A DNA stretch of 63,963 bases, counting the filler, from Platydemus manokwari (lineage: Eukaryota), in assembly GCA_037951405.1 (NCBI GenBank). It is 5 parts of 5 records of this genome, joined end to end, with 100 filler letters (N's around TTAATTAATTAA, not from the genome) between each part and the next. Parts side by side here need not be neighbours in the genome. Positions count along the whole stretch, not along the records: positions 39,869 to 48,910 come from JBBMOY011308650.1; positions 49,011 to 63,963 come from JBBMOY011370314.1; 3 more parts are not named here. The stretch is one strand, 5' to 3'. Below are positions 39,769 to 53,222 of this stretch, in pieces. The first letter of the stretch is position 1; every line of letters starts with the position of its first letter. Both the position numbers and the translations under genes were made by a program. The notes under the pieces are model-generated. The model made no database searches. It saw nothing but the letters and a program-made list of their open reading frames with translations, and was not told the DNA's origin.

Positions 39769-39868
39769 NNNNNNNNNNNNNNNNNNNNNNNNNNNNNNNN
39801 NNNNNNNNNNNNTTAATTAATTAANNNNNNNNNNNNNNNNNNNNNNNNNNNNNNNNNNNNNNNNNNNN
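39769..39868. other. Artificial contig-join spacer
   Basis: 44 N + TTAATTAATTAA + 44 N. Confidence 0.97.
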
Positions 39869-40989
39869 CCTTATTGTTATTGTTTATCTTCGCCTCGTGG
39901 ATTGTATGAAGACAATATATACGGCACCTATGATCTATCAAACTATTAACTCGTATTCTCAAACTTTCACTATCTATGATCAACAATGCAATTGAATACA
40001 CTAAGTTTTATTGCCACTACAATTGACACCAAATAAAAGTATATAAAAATTGATTTTACAAAACAAGTATACACTGAATGTATGTGACATTGAAACGATT
40101 ATTTTTACAAATTTCGAACTAAGTTGATGGTTGATAAACTGCACACTCTTGGAGCAAAACCAGTTACCTTTAAGAAGAGTTTTTGAAACAAAGTTCGATA
40201 ATAAAATGATGAACGATACGTAGATAGTACTGATCAGTATTTTTATACATTATCAAACTTACGTTAACTGCAAAATGTCTTATTGGCATATAACACTGTT
40301 GACTTCGAAGAGCAATGGTTTCTCGAATTGAATGAATTACGCAACTCACGTAGACTAGGCTAGTAATTTCTGGGCAAGATTGTGGTAGTTTTAACCCCCT
40401 AATATACTTTCCATTGCTCTCCAATATTCGTCACTATTTGTCTGGTTTAATCGTTACAATTTATTTTAAAATCGTAACATAAAATGTATTTCTTTTAATT
40501 CATATAACGCAATTCCCCTTTAAATCCCTGATATTATAAAATATTAATATTTAACGGGCTGCCATTTACAATTAAGCCAAGTATTTGTATAAGATATTCA
40601 TATAAAAATATAATTATAAATTAAGATATATTCTTCAATTAAATCCTTCTCTTAAAACCGTCTTTATTAATTTCTAAATTATTATTATTTCGTAATTTAT
40701 TAATAAAATGAAAATTTGTCAGGATAATATTTCGAAAATATTGTAACATTTGATAAAACTGTTCATGCATTACTACATTGATAAATAATTTGGTACTGTT
40801 ATACATTAATACATAAATTTTTCGTATTACAATATACACTGATACAATGCTTTTAGGAAAAAGAAATAATTTTATACATTAATACACGTTGGATTGAATA
40901 TAACTTTTTTATTAGTGTCTCAAAAAATGACAAAAAAGGATATTTTCAAATCCCCAACAATAAAAAATTTACTCGTTGTGAGGATTTAG

Positions 40990-41630
40990 AATAAATGGAA
41001 ATTTGAAAAAGTTTTAAATTAAATTTTTATAAAATACCAACTGGTTTGAATATAATTTGGTGTCGTGACTTTTCAATGAATGATTTATAAAATAGTAGCG
41101 GGTTACATGGCAACAACAACGCATTTGGATCCGATTCTGAGAATGCCCATAGCATGGAACTATAGAATAGAAGAAAAGTGATATAGAAAAGATCAGAAGA
41201 AGTTATAGCATGGTTTTATAGAAGATATAGAGAAGTTATAAAAAAGATAAAGAGAAGATATGGATATAGTAACGTGATTAAATAAAGAAACACGTTGTAT
41301 TTGTTTGAATAATTGATTGGCGGATTAGTGTAGTTTTTAAATAAATATTATGCCTGAAAGTGTTTATGACTTAACTGATATGATATAAGGAAAATATAAA
41401 GAGAGTTAAAATTTAAAAAATTATATAGAGAAATGTCTAGTGAATTCGATACAAAGATAATTAAGAAATAAGAGAAAATCAAAGGTTTTAAGGAAACTGG
41501 AATGTAAAGATTTAGAATAAATTGAAATTAAATTTTTATAAAATATTAATTTTTTTGAATAATTGTAATTAAAATATAATTTGGTGTCGGGATTTTTCAT
41601 TTTGTTTTCAATGAGTAGCGGTTTGCACTT
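40990..41630 (-). repeat. Dispersed repeat family A, inverted copy interrupted by a solo LTR
   Basis: 'tataatttggtgtcg.ga.ttttca' at about 41051 and 41575; 'gcatttggatccgattctgagaa' is the reverse complement of the family core. Confidence 0.8.
41268..41376 (+). mobile_element. Solo LTR (109 bp) of the gypsy family at 25508
   Basis: AGTAACGTG...GACTTAACT flanked by a perfect 5-bp target-site duplication GATAT (41263-41267 and 41377-41381). Confidence 0.9.
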
Positions 41631-44600
41631 ATAGAATTGTAAAAATCTTCAGAATAATTGCAATGATTAATTTTAATAAATAAAAATATAAAATTTAATA
41701 GATTAAAGTAATAGTTATGTTAAATTTGGTAAATTAAATATACAATAAAATATCATGGTTTTCCACCGCTAGTACATTTCGAACTCGTACTCGTACTTGT
41801 ATTCATATTATTCGTAATTGCACGAATAAAATTACGAGTAAATTTGTGAATGATAAAAGTAAGAGTAAGTTTAGACGTCTTGATTATCTATTTTCAAATC
41901 CTCGGTATGTAATATTACGGAGATAAATCTGCCTACAGTTCTTGATCTACTGTTAATACCAATACAATATAATTGGTTAAAATATTTCAAATGAATTATA
42001 ATGAAATTTACTCATTGCATATGGGAGGTGTAAGAGTTACTTCAATACATGAATTACATATCAAGTATCCAGCTATCTTAACGATAAAATAGATAAAACT
42101 TACATCATTATCGCAAATTACAATTATTTGAAATTCCTCAGAAACTATTCTTTAATGACCTTAGAAGTGTTGCTGAAATGTTAAGAACTGATAGATGATT
42201 AAGAGGAGAAGCAAAGCTGTCGAAGTTACAGTAGCAACAGAATCAGGGTCCACTGGAGAATTGACATTCATATATAAAATAAGGAAAAAAGATAAATGCA
42301 AACAATAACTTAGATTCTCATAGATGTCAAAATGGCACTTCAACCACACGTGTGCAAATCATTTATTTCACCTATCTACTAAGTCGATGGAGTTTGGATC
42401 ACAGTTCCAAGCCAACAACGACGTCAACAACCAATTAAAGCATAAGATTTCAAAATTCTCGAACACAATATATTTTATCAACCGTATATGATTTAGAGAA
42501 AAGAGGAATTTAAACCCAAGAGGATATTGAAGCAGCTAGAAAAGCTCTTAATTTCCAGCTGGTGAGAGATCGGAGAATAACGAAAATCAAAGAGGATATT
42601 ATACTCTAAAGTATGATAATGTATTCACAGTAGTTCACTTTAAAAAAGGTAGCTGAAATAGTCCTGTATCTTACATGGAGACAATTTACTGGATTTGCTA
42701 CCTTCTTAGCAGAGTGCATTGGCACTTATGTCGTATTTATGATTTTATACGCCGCAGTGAAACAAGCAATTGCTGTGTACACATTGTGAAATTTCTTTGA
42801 GTACAACGAAAAAATGATACTTTGAAGCATGTTCTAATATAGCCTATCATAAAAGACATTGGAAACCTGAGACATGTTATAATTTGTTCAAAAATTACTA
42901 TAGAAACAATCAAATATAGTCAGAGCGAATCGACTTCCCAATCTGACTTTGATATATATTAAGAAGGAAATCAAACTTTTGGTCAGCACTCAACTAAAAT
43001 GAATGAAATAAATTGCAAAACTAAACTTTAAGAAATATGTATGATGCAACTGAGAGGAAGAAGTCCAATGATGAGAAAGTTATTAGAAATCTAACACCTG
43101 CACAATAAGGCTATTTACAAATGTTAAAAATGTCGAAGCAATTTTACCAGAAACTATATCTCTAGCAGCAAACCAAAGGGAACTCACTGTCCTGTTTAAC
43201 AATTAGAAGATGTTAAGAAAGTCTTAGATTCAAATCCAGTTTTCTTCATTTTCCTAGATGCAAATATCAGAAAACAAGATCGATTAGTAATACTACAAAG
43301 AAATGCATGGTCAATGCTTCAACAAATGAATTCATATTTAGGAATGACATATTAAATGTACGTCCTATTTATGCATTAATAGATGTCGGGGCTGATCTAG
43401 TGTCATTAAATCTCGAATCATAAATCAAAAGAAATGAATCAAATAATACCAACTAATGTTGAAATAATAGGAATTAAAGGAAACTCATTACCAATCTTGG
43501 GAATAATCAACTATTGCATACATATATGTGATTGGGACATAATGATTGCATTTCGAGTAGCAGGAATTACACCGCATGACTATTTTATAACACAAAATGT
43601 CATAAAACAATTAAAATAATACAAACGTGATGAAAGGACATTGATAAGAATATCGAAATTTGTAAGGAATACAACCAATGAAGCATATATGACACAACAA
43701 GTCATAATTCTACCAAGGATGCAAATCATGACTTGCTTGAGTACAACGAAGAAACTGTCTTCGAATAAAATCGGAAATTTTCGGAGAAAACAAACATGCC
43801 AATCAACGCATGTATAGCAACAGTTAGTGATGATAAATACCAATAAAAGTTATGAAACTCTATGACGAAACAAATAAAATAAGGCATATGCATAGCCACA
43901 ATAAGAATTAATAAGAATTAAATATATTGGCAAAATAAATAAATAACTGCATTACTTAATAAGGATAATGAAGCATTCACAAAAAACGAATGACTTAGGA
44001 CAATATGGTGTAATAATAAAATAGAACTTATTAATTCATAACCAATTTGTCAAAGGACTTATCGCATACCTTAGCATTAGAAGACGAACTGGGAAGAAAT
44101 TTACAGAAATTAACAGACAATAAAGAAATAAGACTTAGTCAGTAACCATGAAAATCATTGATAATTATGCCTGGAAAGAAAGAAGGAACAATGAGACCGC
44201 GTATAAACCATCAAAAAGTCAATGAGCTATCAAGATTTATTTATTTTCCAGTGCTTCTTATATAAGTAAATATTTTCAATTCTCGACTTACAAACAGGAT
44301 ATAATAATAACCTGATAGTTGATGAATCCATATCCATCACAGAATTTACTGATAGACAAAACTTTTACAACGGACAGTAATGATTTTCTGACTAAAAGGT
44401 GCACCACTAAACTTTCATTTCATAATGTATCTTATCATCATTGGATTACCACATGCTATGGTATACATTGATTATGCCATCATCTTTACATTCAATTTTG
44501 GAAAAGATCTAGAGGATTTAGCAAAAGTTTTCGAACGAATGTATAGTTTAAACCAATTAGATAAATATAAGACATGAAAGAAGCAAAATATCCAAGACAT

Positions 44601-44653
44601 ACCATCTCAGGAGAAAGTGTGAAAACGAGTAAATATAATCTGATAATAAATAA

Positions 44654-45252
44654 TGTTAACCAAAAGATAATGATTATCACACGAAATAGAATTTAATTGC
44701 TTTAAAATAGAATGAAATATTAATAAATACAAATTATAGTGATTTAAAAGTTTAAAATAACAGTTACAACCTATTTTCCGTAACTAAAATAAATAAACAG
44801 AAAGTTCATACTGCAATAAGTATGAACAACAGGATGCACACAGAAGGGATGGGCATGGTTGAAATTAAACCAGAGACCACAAAAAGGTAAGCCGATTTTG
44901 GGTAAAGTAGTTACCCCTACAACAACTGTAGCTGTACAGGATTAGAAATATTTTTCAAGATTATTTTTAGTATTATCAGTGAGCTAATTAGGGCAGTAGT
45001 GTATTTTAGTGAGATATTGACAAGGAATAGATTCTGAGCCTAGGTAATCAAAAGAAGTATCGGACACGGTCCTCGTATCATTAAAGTTATTTTATTGGGG
45101 CTTGTGTCCCCACAAGGTTATCATTGGTACAGATTGTAATATAAAAATACTTTATTCCAAAAGAGGTATTTGTTTTTATTTAGTGTGAGTAGGAGTCAGA
45201 TTAGAAGAAAATAAGACTGAGTCGTTAAGTTAGAGTTGTTCTGAACTTAACA
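44654..45252. mobile_element. Probable solo LTR inserted in the pol remnant
   Basis: Non-coding block of about 600 bp interrupting pol, bounded by TGTTAA...TTAACA; no clear TSD. Confidence 0.45.
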
Positions 45253-45885
45253 CATTTATAGATAAGAAATCGACATACTAAAGAATCATAGACATTTGCA
45301 ATGTTTTTTACAACATAGAGATGCAGGCTCGTGACTTATTCGATAGGCATTTCAACAATATAACATGAAAATATGTTACAGGAAACAATAGTGGAAATGC
45401 TAATCAAAGCCATGCCAGAAGCTTACGAAATAGAACAAGCTAATATAGTCCAAACACTATATTAGTTGCAAACCAATGTTGCAATCAATCAAATTCATAA
45501 AGAAGACAATAAAATATATAAAAATAAAATTGCAACTCCAAGGCAAACGAGAAATCAAGTACCAATAAGGCACCAATTTATAACCAAAGGAGAAGTAGTA
45601 AAATACGATGAGATGGAAAAGAAACCCGTTATCGTGCCAAAAATGTTAACAGAAACACTCTTGCTCTAATACAATGCACATGTAAAAAAACATGAAAGCA
45701 GACGTATGAAAATATGTCGACCATATAAAATATGGCAAAAAGGAAACAGTACAGATAAAACAAGGTACCTTACAAAACGATACCAACTCCCTCAATATTG
45801 ATAGAAACAATAGCCATGAACATTGTAGGATATTTGCTTCTTACTGGAAGCGGTATCAAATTTATAAAAGTCATTTGTAACTATT

Positions 45886-45959
45886 TCCGTGCGATCCAAT
45901 GTAGGGTATACTTAAGGTCAACTAGTACCTTAAGTATACCCTATATTGGATCGCACGGA
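45886..45959. repeat. 74-bp near-perfect palindrome (33-bp arms, 8-nt loop)
   Basis: TCCGTGCGATCCAATGTAGGGTATACTTAAGGT-CAACTAGT-ACCTTAAGTATACCCTATATTGGATCGCACGGA; one G:T mismatch. Confidence 0.95.
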
Positions 45960-48150
45960 TAACACAGTAATCAAAGTTTATACAGAAGAGATAATATTCC
46001 AAGATCGAGTTTTAAACAGGTAAAATCATTATCTATACTTCTAGTGTCCATGATTATGTGATATCATCATACCTTGAATACAAGTTATTGTTATACCAAC
46101 TGAGTTATTATTTTGCATACCTCAATGAAAAAGTGTCTAATTATAAACCATCTGAATAACTATTCAATGGAATCATAGGATTAAACATATCGACTAAAAT
46201 ACCATTTGATGCACAATTCCATGAATACATAGCAATAAAAGACCCAGAAGGAACTAAAAAGGTTTCCTTCATCATTTTTCAAATTCCTTCAAGCACAATC
46301 ATCAAATAAACTAAAATATAGCTGAAGGCACACTCAAATAGTTGTGCTTCCAATAACTAACGTAATAGGTGATTCCATTAATGCAAGATCTACAAAATCA
46401 TAGACATTGCGAATCACTCCAAATATGTCTCAAATTAAAACATTTCGATGAATTAATCAAACGAAATATACTCGTGTGATAGGATATACTTACTACAGTT
46501 GTATGATAACTCAAGAAAAGGAGCCCGTTTTCAATCCCATTATTCGAGGATTCTAAGAAATCTATATAACCACTCTGGACACATATGGTTAGTTTGTACA
46601 ACCAAAACCTACTCTAAAAGAAGCTAGAAATAAAAACTTATATCTCAGTTCAATTTGTAGGCACTGTGGACCATATAAATGACAAGAATCTACCAGTAAC
46701 TATTTATTCCATTTCAATTTTGAGTATGCACGGAAAATATAAATGAATTTGTAAATTACTCCTAGAAATTGCGACAAAACCTAACGAAAAATCTTTCATA
46801 AACTAATTAAGAGTTAACTCATTAATCAATTGGATCAAGCATTAGTCTATCAAAAGATACACGGAGCTTCTGACCAAAGAAAATTAACTTGCTTTCGAAT
46901 GTCCGATATTTTAAAGGCTCTACCTTTACTACTTACGACACATGGAAACATAAATCCAACTTACTGCACAGTGCATCAAAGATCACAAAGTAACCGATAA
47001 AAAACCATTTAAGATCCGGCGAATCATACAAAAATGCTAAGGAAATATCACTTCAAAAAGATAAACTAATAAAAAACTCAGTGATGCAATCACTAATCAA
47101 TCATAAATGTAACATAAAAGCAAAACTACGATTCACTTGATCCAAATTCAGATGTCGTATATGGATCTAAACTTCCATGAACTACAACCAAGAAAGTGTA
47201 AAACTGAAGAATATCGACCGCAAACATTCATTTATTCAGTAATTCCTCAACCATCGCAGGGACCAACCTATATCACAAGCTCCGTCTACATCACTATGTA
47301 CGAGCGAAACAAGCCATTCTTAAGGTCTCAAAACATTCTGTGACCAATTACCGTTTACAATAAAAGGTGGCACATCGCCACCATTTTCTACATTTTCTGA
47401 AACGACCTGAACGAACTGTTTTGATTTAGAATTAGAGCAAGAATCCTTTCTCAGAACCATTATGCAATTCAGACGCAACCCATTGGATACAGTAATCAGG
47501 AATAATTCCCATTGTTTTATGGAACGAAATGGTCATTATCGACACGTTCTCAATAATCAAACTCATTTATCGAACAAAATGAAATTCCCAGATAGAGGTC
47601 ATAGAATTACCACGGCAGTACATGACACCAATAAGATGTTACGAAAAATATTTCCAAACGTCATGTATTCTAATAAAGCAAAAAAGTTGTATACACACAC
47701 CAGTCCTCAAAGAAACCAGCTTTCTTCCAAGGTAGAAATGCTCTAGAAATCATCGAATGTGATGAGCACTTATTAAAAGGAAAAATAAGATTCTCAACTT
47801 TACCAGTTAGAAAATCATGTAGTCTGGTCCTGATGACACTTCAGTGGAAGAAAAATATAATCTATATTTAGATTATACTTGCCTGGACACTTCTTCATTT
47901 GGAAGAGTCTGTCTGAATCGGAAGTACAAGAATCCCTATGAGTCCTTGCTAATAAAACCGTAGAAACCATAAAAGAGACAGATTGCAAGAATACTAATAA
48001 ATGGCTATAAGATGCAACCATACTGGATTATACATGATAAATAATTATCAGCGCCTTGATTACCTTACCAAAGAAGGGTCCGATCACCTTACAAAAAACC
48101 TTCACTAGTACATTATCTCAGTCTTAGATAAAAATGATCACAGGACATAA

Positions 48151-48910
48151 TGTGATAAATCATTAAAGAATTATTTTAATTCATATTATACAAACATTTA
48201 TTGATAAAGCACAGTTTTTATAATACAAGTCAGACAGTGTCCGACACCATCACTACGTAGTGGCAGAGCAAAATATCAGAAGATTCTTTTCGTCTCACAC
48301 ATGTTTATTCTCGTCTATCCAAGTTTGCTGGACACCTCATCATCTTCAGAACCCGCATATTTGTCGTCCGAGATGTCATTTGATCTGGTTCTTGTCCTCG
48401 ATAGTAATATAGCTTTCTCTTGGTGGAATTGCCAATGCTGATATGCGGATTTGATGTTTGACCGTATACGATCGTAGCGTATTTTCTCCGATATATCTTT
48501 ATTGAAGCCAAGCTTGCGTAGAATGATCTCGTTCTCCGATTTCCAAGTGCCAAGAATTCCAATTATGAAAGTATAGAGCTCAACAGTCCAGCCTGGCCTG
48601 ACTTTCTTTATTTCTTTCCGTAGATCATCTTACTTTGCCAAGTTGACTTCATCTGCATTTTTTATTAGTCGTTCCTCGTCCATAGGGCATTTTACATCGA
48701 CTGGAAAAATAGAGCTGGTTTGATTATTGATTACTTGTAGATTAACTCGTTGTTTTGATCCTGTGAATTGATAGGACTTCTCAACAAAAAAATTATTTTC
48801 GGTGTGATTGTTAATATAGTTTGATAGTAATTTCATGATGTTCATATGTCGATTGAGAATAAAGGAGTTTGATACGTTACACTTTGTAAACACGTGGGTC
48901 TGAGATTCCA
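48151..48910 (-). mobile_element. Probable 3' end of another LTR retrotransposon (decayed integrase-like tail plus an LTR of about 150 bp)
   Basis: TGTGA...TCACA-bounded block at 48151-48299, preceded on the minus strand by a purine-rich tract and broken ORFs (RHMNIMKLLSNYINNH resembles the integrase 'R.NRTI..ML..YV' helix). Confidence 0.4.
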
Positions 48911-49010
48911 NNNNNNNNNNNNNNNNNNNNNNNNNNNNNNNNNNNNNNNNNNNNTTAATTAATTAANNNNNNNNNNNNNNNNNNNNNNNNNNNNNNNNNN
49001 NNNNNNNNNN
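48911..49010. other. Artificial contig-join spacer
   Basis: 44 N + TTAATTAATTAA + 44 N. Confidence 0.97.
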
Positions 49011-49012
49011 GT

Positions 49013-49090
49013 GGAAGACCACCAAAAAAGTTTGAAGACGCCAAACTGCAAGCAATATTGGATGAAGATGATACTTTGAGTCAAAAGAAA
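49013..49090 (+). mobile_element. Mariner (Mos1-like) transposase fragment, HTH region
   Basis: GRPPKKFEDAKLQAILDEDDTLSQKK closely resembles Mos1 'GKPPKRYEDAELQALLDEDDAQTQKQ'. Confidence 0.85.
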
Positions 49091-49599
49091 ATATAATATC
49101 TACTACTCTGGTACTTGCTTTACTTCTTGGTCATGCTTCTGTTATTTCAAATAAGTTATTATGAGAACTGTAGCGTAACTATAATGAATGCGTACGTTAC
49201 TTATAAATCAATACTACTCACTACTGACACAAATTGAATCGCATTTAATTTCCACTCAAAATAGGACATCTTATTTGGGTTTTATAAGAAAATAATGAGA
49301 AACCCAGTCAAATAATAAAAATATATAAAATATTTTAATTTATTAATAAAGTTACGAATAATGAAAACGAAAATAGACCCTCAAAATAGAATAAATAAAA
49401 TCTATTAATAGAAAATATAATTAAAAAGATCTAAGTATAGTAAACAAAGGTATTAGACTCTAAATATGGCAAATAAAAGACACCAAAACACAGACATAAA
49501 GATGGGGAAAATTAGCAAAGAATATAAATAGAGGGAACAATTACAATTTCAACACCTTATACTAAAGGATTGTACTAAACGCTCGAAAAATTATATTTA

Positions 49600-50290
49600 G
49601 TTACCTGGTGTAGCTTTTGACCAGCAGATCACCTTTTAGGTGTTCGCGTTTTCCATGTTTTCACATGAAAAATTGGTGCACCAAACGAATTTTTGACATT
49701 TGATTGTTTTTCTTCTTACGTTTGTAATGGCTATACAAGTCCATGCATTGTGATTATTCCTTCCGCATATTTCGCCGTATTTGCATTGCTTAGGCTTGCT
49801 TGGTTTAGTGTTTGATACCGATACATTGATATTATCCTGACTATTCCATTTGTTCCGTTTATCCATATTATTGGAATTCCATTTCTTGGATTCATTATTC
49901 GCTATCAACACCTATTTCCAATAGCCGAAATTTTTGTACAAAATCGTCAAACTTGTTGCTTATGTGTAAGCTCAGAGCAACTCTGATGTGTGGGAGTGAA
50001 ACTTCCTATAAGTTATCTTTGATATTGCTTTCTGTGGCTGGTAACCATTTTAGATCGTTCATCATATGCTTATTCTTCTAATAGGATTAATTGATGAGCA
50101 AATTAGCTCACATGTTTATCTGGTGTCTGCTTGAGGATTTTGAACCTTTGTTTGTATAAATGTTCAGTATGTGCTTGTCTGAAATCATTCCGTGGAGTGG
50201 GAGGTATTGTTGCTGTCACCACTTGATTAAATATTTCTCTTCCTATACTTGCGAAATGTATTGGCAATCTTTAATCATATTAGATTGACT
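49600..50290 (-). pseudogene. Decayed retrotransposon gag with zinc-knuckle remnant
   Basis: (G)EICGRNNHNAWTC is a degenerate CX2CX4HX4C; broken gag-like reading frames lie upstream. Confidence 0.55.
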
Positions 50291-51936
50291 GATTCCATAT
50301 GCTTATGATAACAGATAATACTTTTATCACTGTGTCCATATCTATAGTCTTCTCTCAAGAGTTAAGAAAATAAGATGAATTATACCTGCAGTATTAATAA
50401 GAGGTCATTGAGAAAAATAATTATATCAACATTGATAAAAATATATGTAAGACCCTCACGTAACAGATGTATGAATTCCATCAATATCCGACTCTTAGCA
50501 GTGACGAATAGCAGGTTGGGTGTATCAAATAAATTTTAGAACATGATATAACAATAACTGGAGATAATAACATTTATTTGTTAATTAATTCAACAATATT
50601 AATAAGAAATGGGTTATGTGATGAATATTCTCTGTGACTCTGTTTTGCTCTGAAGATTTGAACAACAAATGTTGGGAACTAATTCCACTCAACTCTGGAG
50701 GTAAAAAGAGATAAGTGAAAGACTAATTTGGAGTCATTTTTATCTGTTTTATTTGAAAATAATAAATAAATATTTTATTACCTCAAAAAATAAACATTTT
50801 AATAAATTACCTTTTTATGGAAACATAATATTGGATTACAATGATAAAAAATAATCACATAAATTTCGGAATCAATTAAATGTTCTCAAATAAATTTCAT
50901 ATAAATATCAGAATAAGAACAATCAAAAGGAATTTGACCTTAATTGGGTATAAATGATTCGAATATTTTAGACTTTTAATTGGAATTTAATTTGTTTTCA
51001 TTTTGTTAAGGCATCATGATCGACACTGTAACTCTTCACCTTCTTCTCCTTATTTTTCTTGTACTCTTCTTAGCCTTTTTAAAAATAACTCCATTGTTTC
51101 CATGTGTAGTGAGATGTAATTTCCTTATCGTTCTCTTTCTACGTTAGCTCATACCAAATTAATATTTTTTCTATGTTGTGGCATATCTTGCCAATTCTGT
51201 TACAGTATTTCTCCTCTTCGACTGTTCGTATGAGCTAAAGGTAATGGGCATTTCATTCTCAGTTTCACTGTCTGAGAATATTACCAGTTTGTCTGATTCT
51301 TTCATGTTTTTGGTTCTTGTTCTCCCAAACATTGTTTATTTTGTGAATTTTATTCAAAATAGTTCTTTTTGACGGTAAAAGTTTGTTAATTTCATTTTCT
51401 TTCACTAGGATTTGGTTTCTACCAGGGAATTATTGTAATTAATATTTTAATACAATTGCTATGCGAGTATTTTCACTGGAAATTTCTTATGCTGGTATTA
51501 TAATTTCTAAATGCGGATTTGGAAGCTAGTTGTATTAATTTATTAACTCGAATTTACTCTAAATATTTGTTATTATTTCATATTTTATTCAAATTTACAC
51601 CACAAACAAGAGAACTATATATAGTACAAACTAATTACATACAAAAAGTTATAATAAAAAAAATTTATTGAATTTTGGAGAGATATAACAGAGAAAAATT
51701 GAAAAGGTCCTCCACCATGCTGTACTGATAATAATTCATTTTAATCTCTTTAATAATTTTAAATTTATTAAGCCCTCGGAAATCCACTTAACAGCCTACC
51801 AATCAAGCAAATCTATTAAACTTTAACAATTATTAATTTATTATTGATCATGGATTCAATTGGAGAGAATAATGGAGAAATTTTAGAGAAATTAATAATA
51901 GATCTAATCATTTAAGAAACCTTCTAGAACATAACC

Positions 51937-52405
51937 CAGAGGTTCTCAAACTTTTTTCTCTCTTAGATCCCTTGCTATACACTATAAAAGATTTAAATTT
52001 CAACAGTAATGAAGTTCCTATAATGTTAAAAAGCAAAAAAAAAACATTTTAATATAATTTATATGTGCGTAATTACCAGTATATATTATTATTAAATAAT
52101 ATATTCCTTTTTTAAACTAATGATCTAATAAATAAGATTAGTATTATTGCCGAGAAAGAAGCTTAGCACCAGTCCGTTTCGCTGTACATGTATGTAACAT
52201 AAAGAGCGAATATCCCGACTTGATAATGCTACTATGTTAAATTTTTATAATTTTTTTGAATATTAAAATTGTATCAATTATACTGTTTTTTGCAATTTTT
52301 GAAAAATTCTTCCCATTGACCTCCCAATTTTTTTAACTCACGTAGACCCCTCGCAAATTTTCATCGACCCTTGGGGATCGATATGAACCACTTTGGGAAT
52401 CACTG
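51937..52405. mobile_element. hAT (Charlie-like) non-autonomous element
   Basis: Termini CAGAGGTTCTCAAAC ... TTTGGGAATCACTG. Right flank ATCTAGCC resembles the NTCTAGAN target preference; left 8-mer ACATAACC matches 5/8. Confidence 0.7.
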
Positions 52406-53222
52406 ATCTAGCCTATAAACTTAAATTAAAATAGATAGTCAACAATTTATTTTAGATAAATATTTATATAAACCTATAGATAAACCGTGTTATTATTCAT
52501 TTTTAAAATTAAAATTTAAGTACTCAAAGTTTCTTACTTAATAATATTTGCGATGGTTGAATTCATCGTGTCATTGATACCGTTTTAAGATTTTATCAAT
52601 TCCAAATTTAAGATAAATAATTTTTTTAATTAAACATTTGTTTAATCCGAAAATCTCAAAATCATTCACCTGAGTCCTAATTACATGTTAACACGAAATT
52701 AAAAATTTTATTTAGTTACACTGAAATATTTCGTTATTTAAGTTTCTTAAGAAGCGCAATGTAATGAAATTTAAAGAAAATTCCATTGTCCTTAATAAAC
52801 AAAAACCAAAGCTACAAAATAATAAATCTACAATAATCAACTATCATGGAGAAGTAGATTTCTAACTCAAGTATCACGCGGAACTACACTATTACACTTT
52901 AGTAAAACAAAAGATTTCCCATATTTATTTGAAATGAAAACACTACCTGAAAAAACAAGTCGTTGAAAAGGTTCAAAATGACCAACTGAAAGTTGATTTG
53001 CATTTATCTTACTTTTTTATGTCGGTGTGCAGTGATCTGTTATTGCCTACCAATGGACAAAAATGACGATTGAAAAATCTATCTTCAAAATGTTCTAATC
53101 ATTCATGAATTAGAGACACAAAACACCATTTATTTAAATAAAATTTAATATAATTTGTTAAGTGTTCCACTGAAGTGTAACAAAAATACAACAATCCAAT
53201 TATTAATTTATCAAAAACCTCT

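Larger units (their letters stand above)
42600..48100 (+). mobile_element. Highly degenerate Ty3/gypsy retrotransposon (protease, RT, integrase remnants plus a long 3' extension)
   Basis: RPIYALIDVGAD at about 43361-43396 (protease); PICQRTYRIP, LKGAPLNF and GLPHAMVYIDYAIIF at about 44040-44490 (RT, decayed YxDD); ETIAMNIVGYLLLTGSGIKFIKVICNYF at about 45805-45887 (integrase core). Boundaries approximate. Confidence 0.8.
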
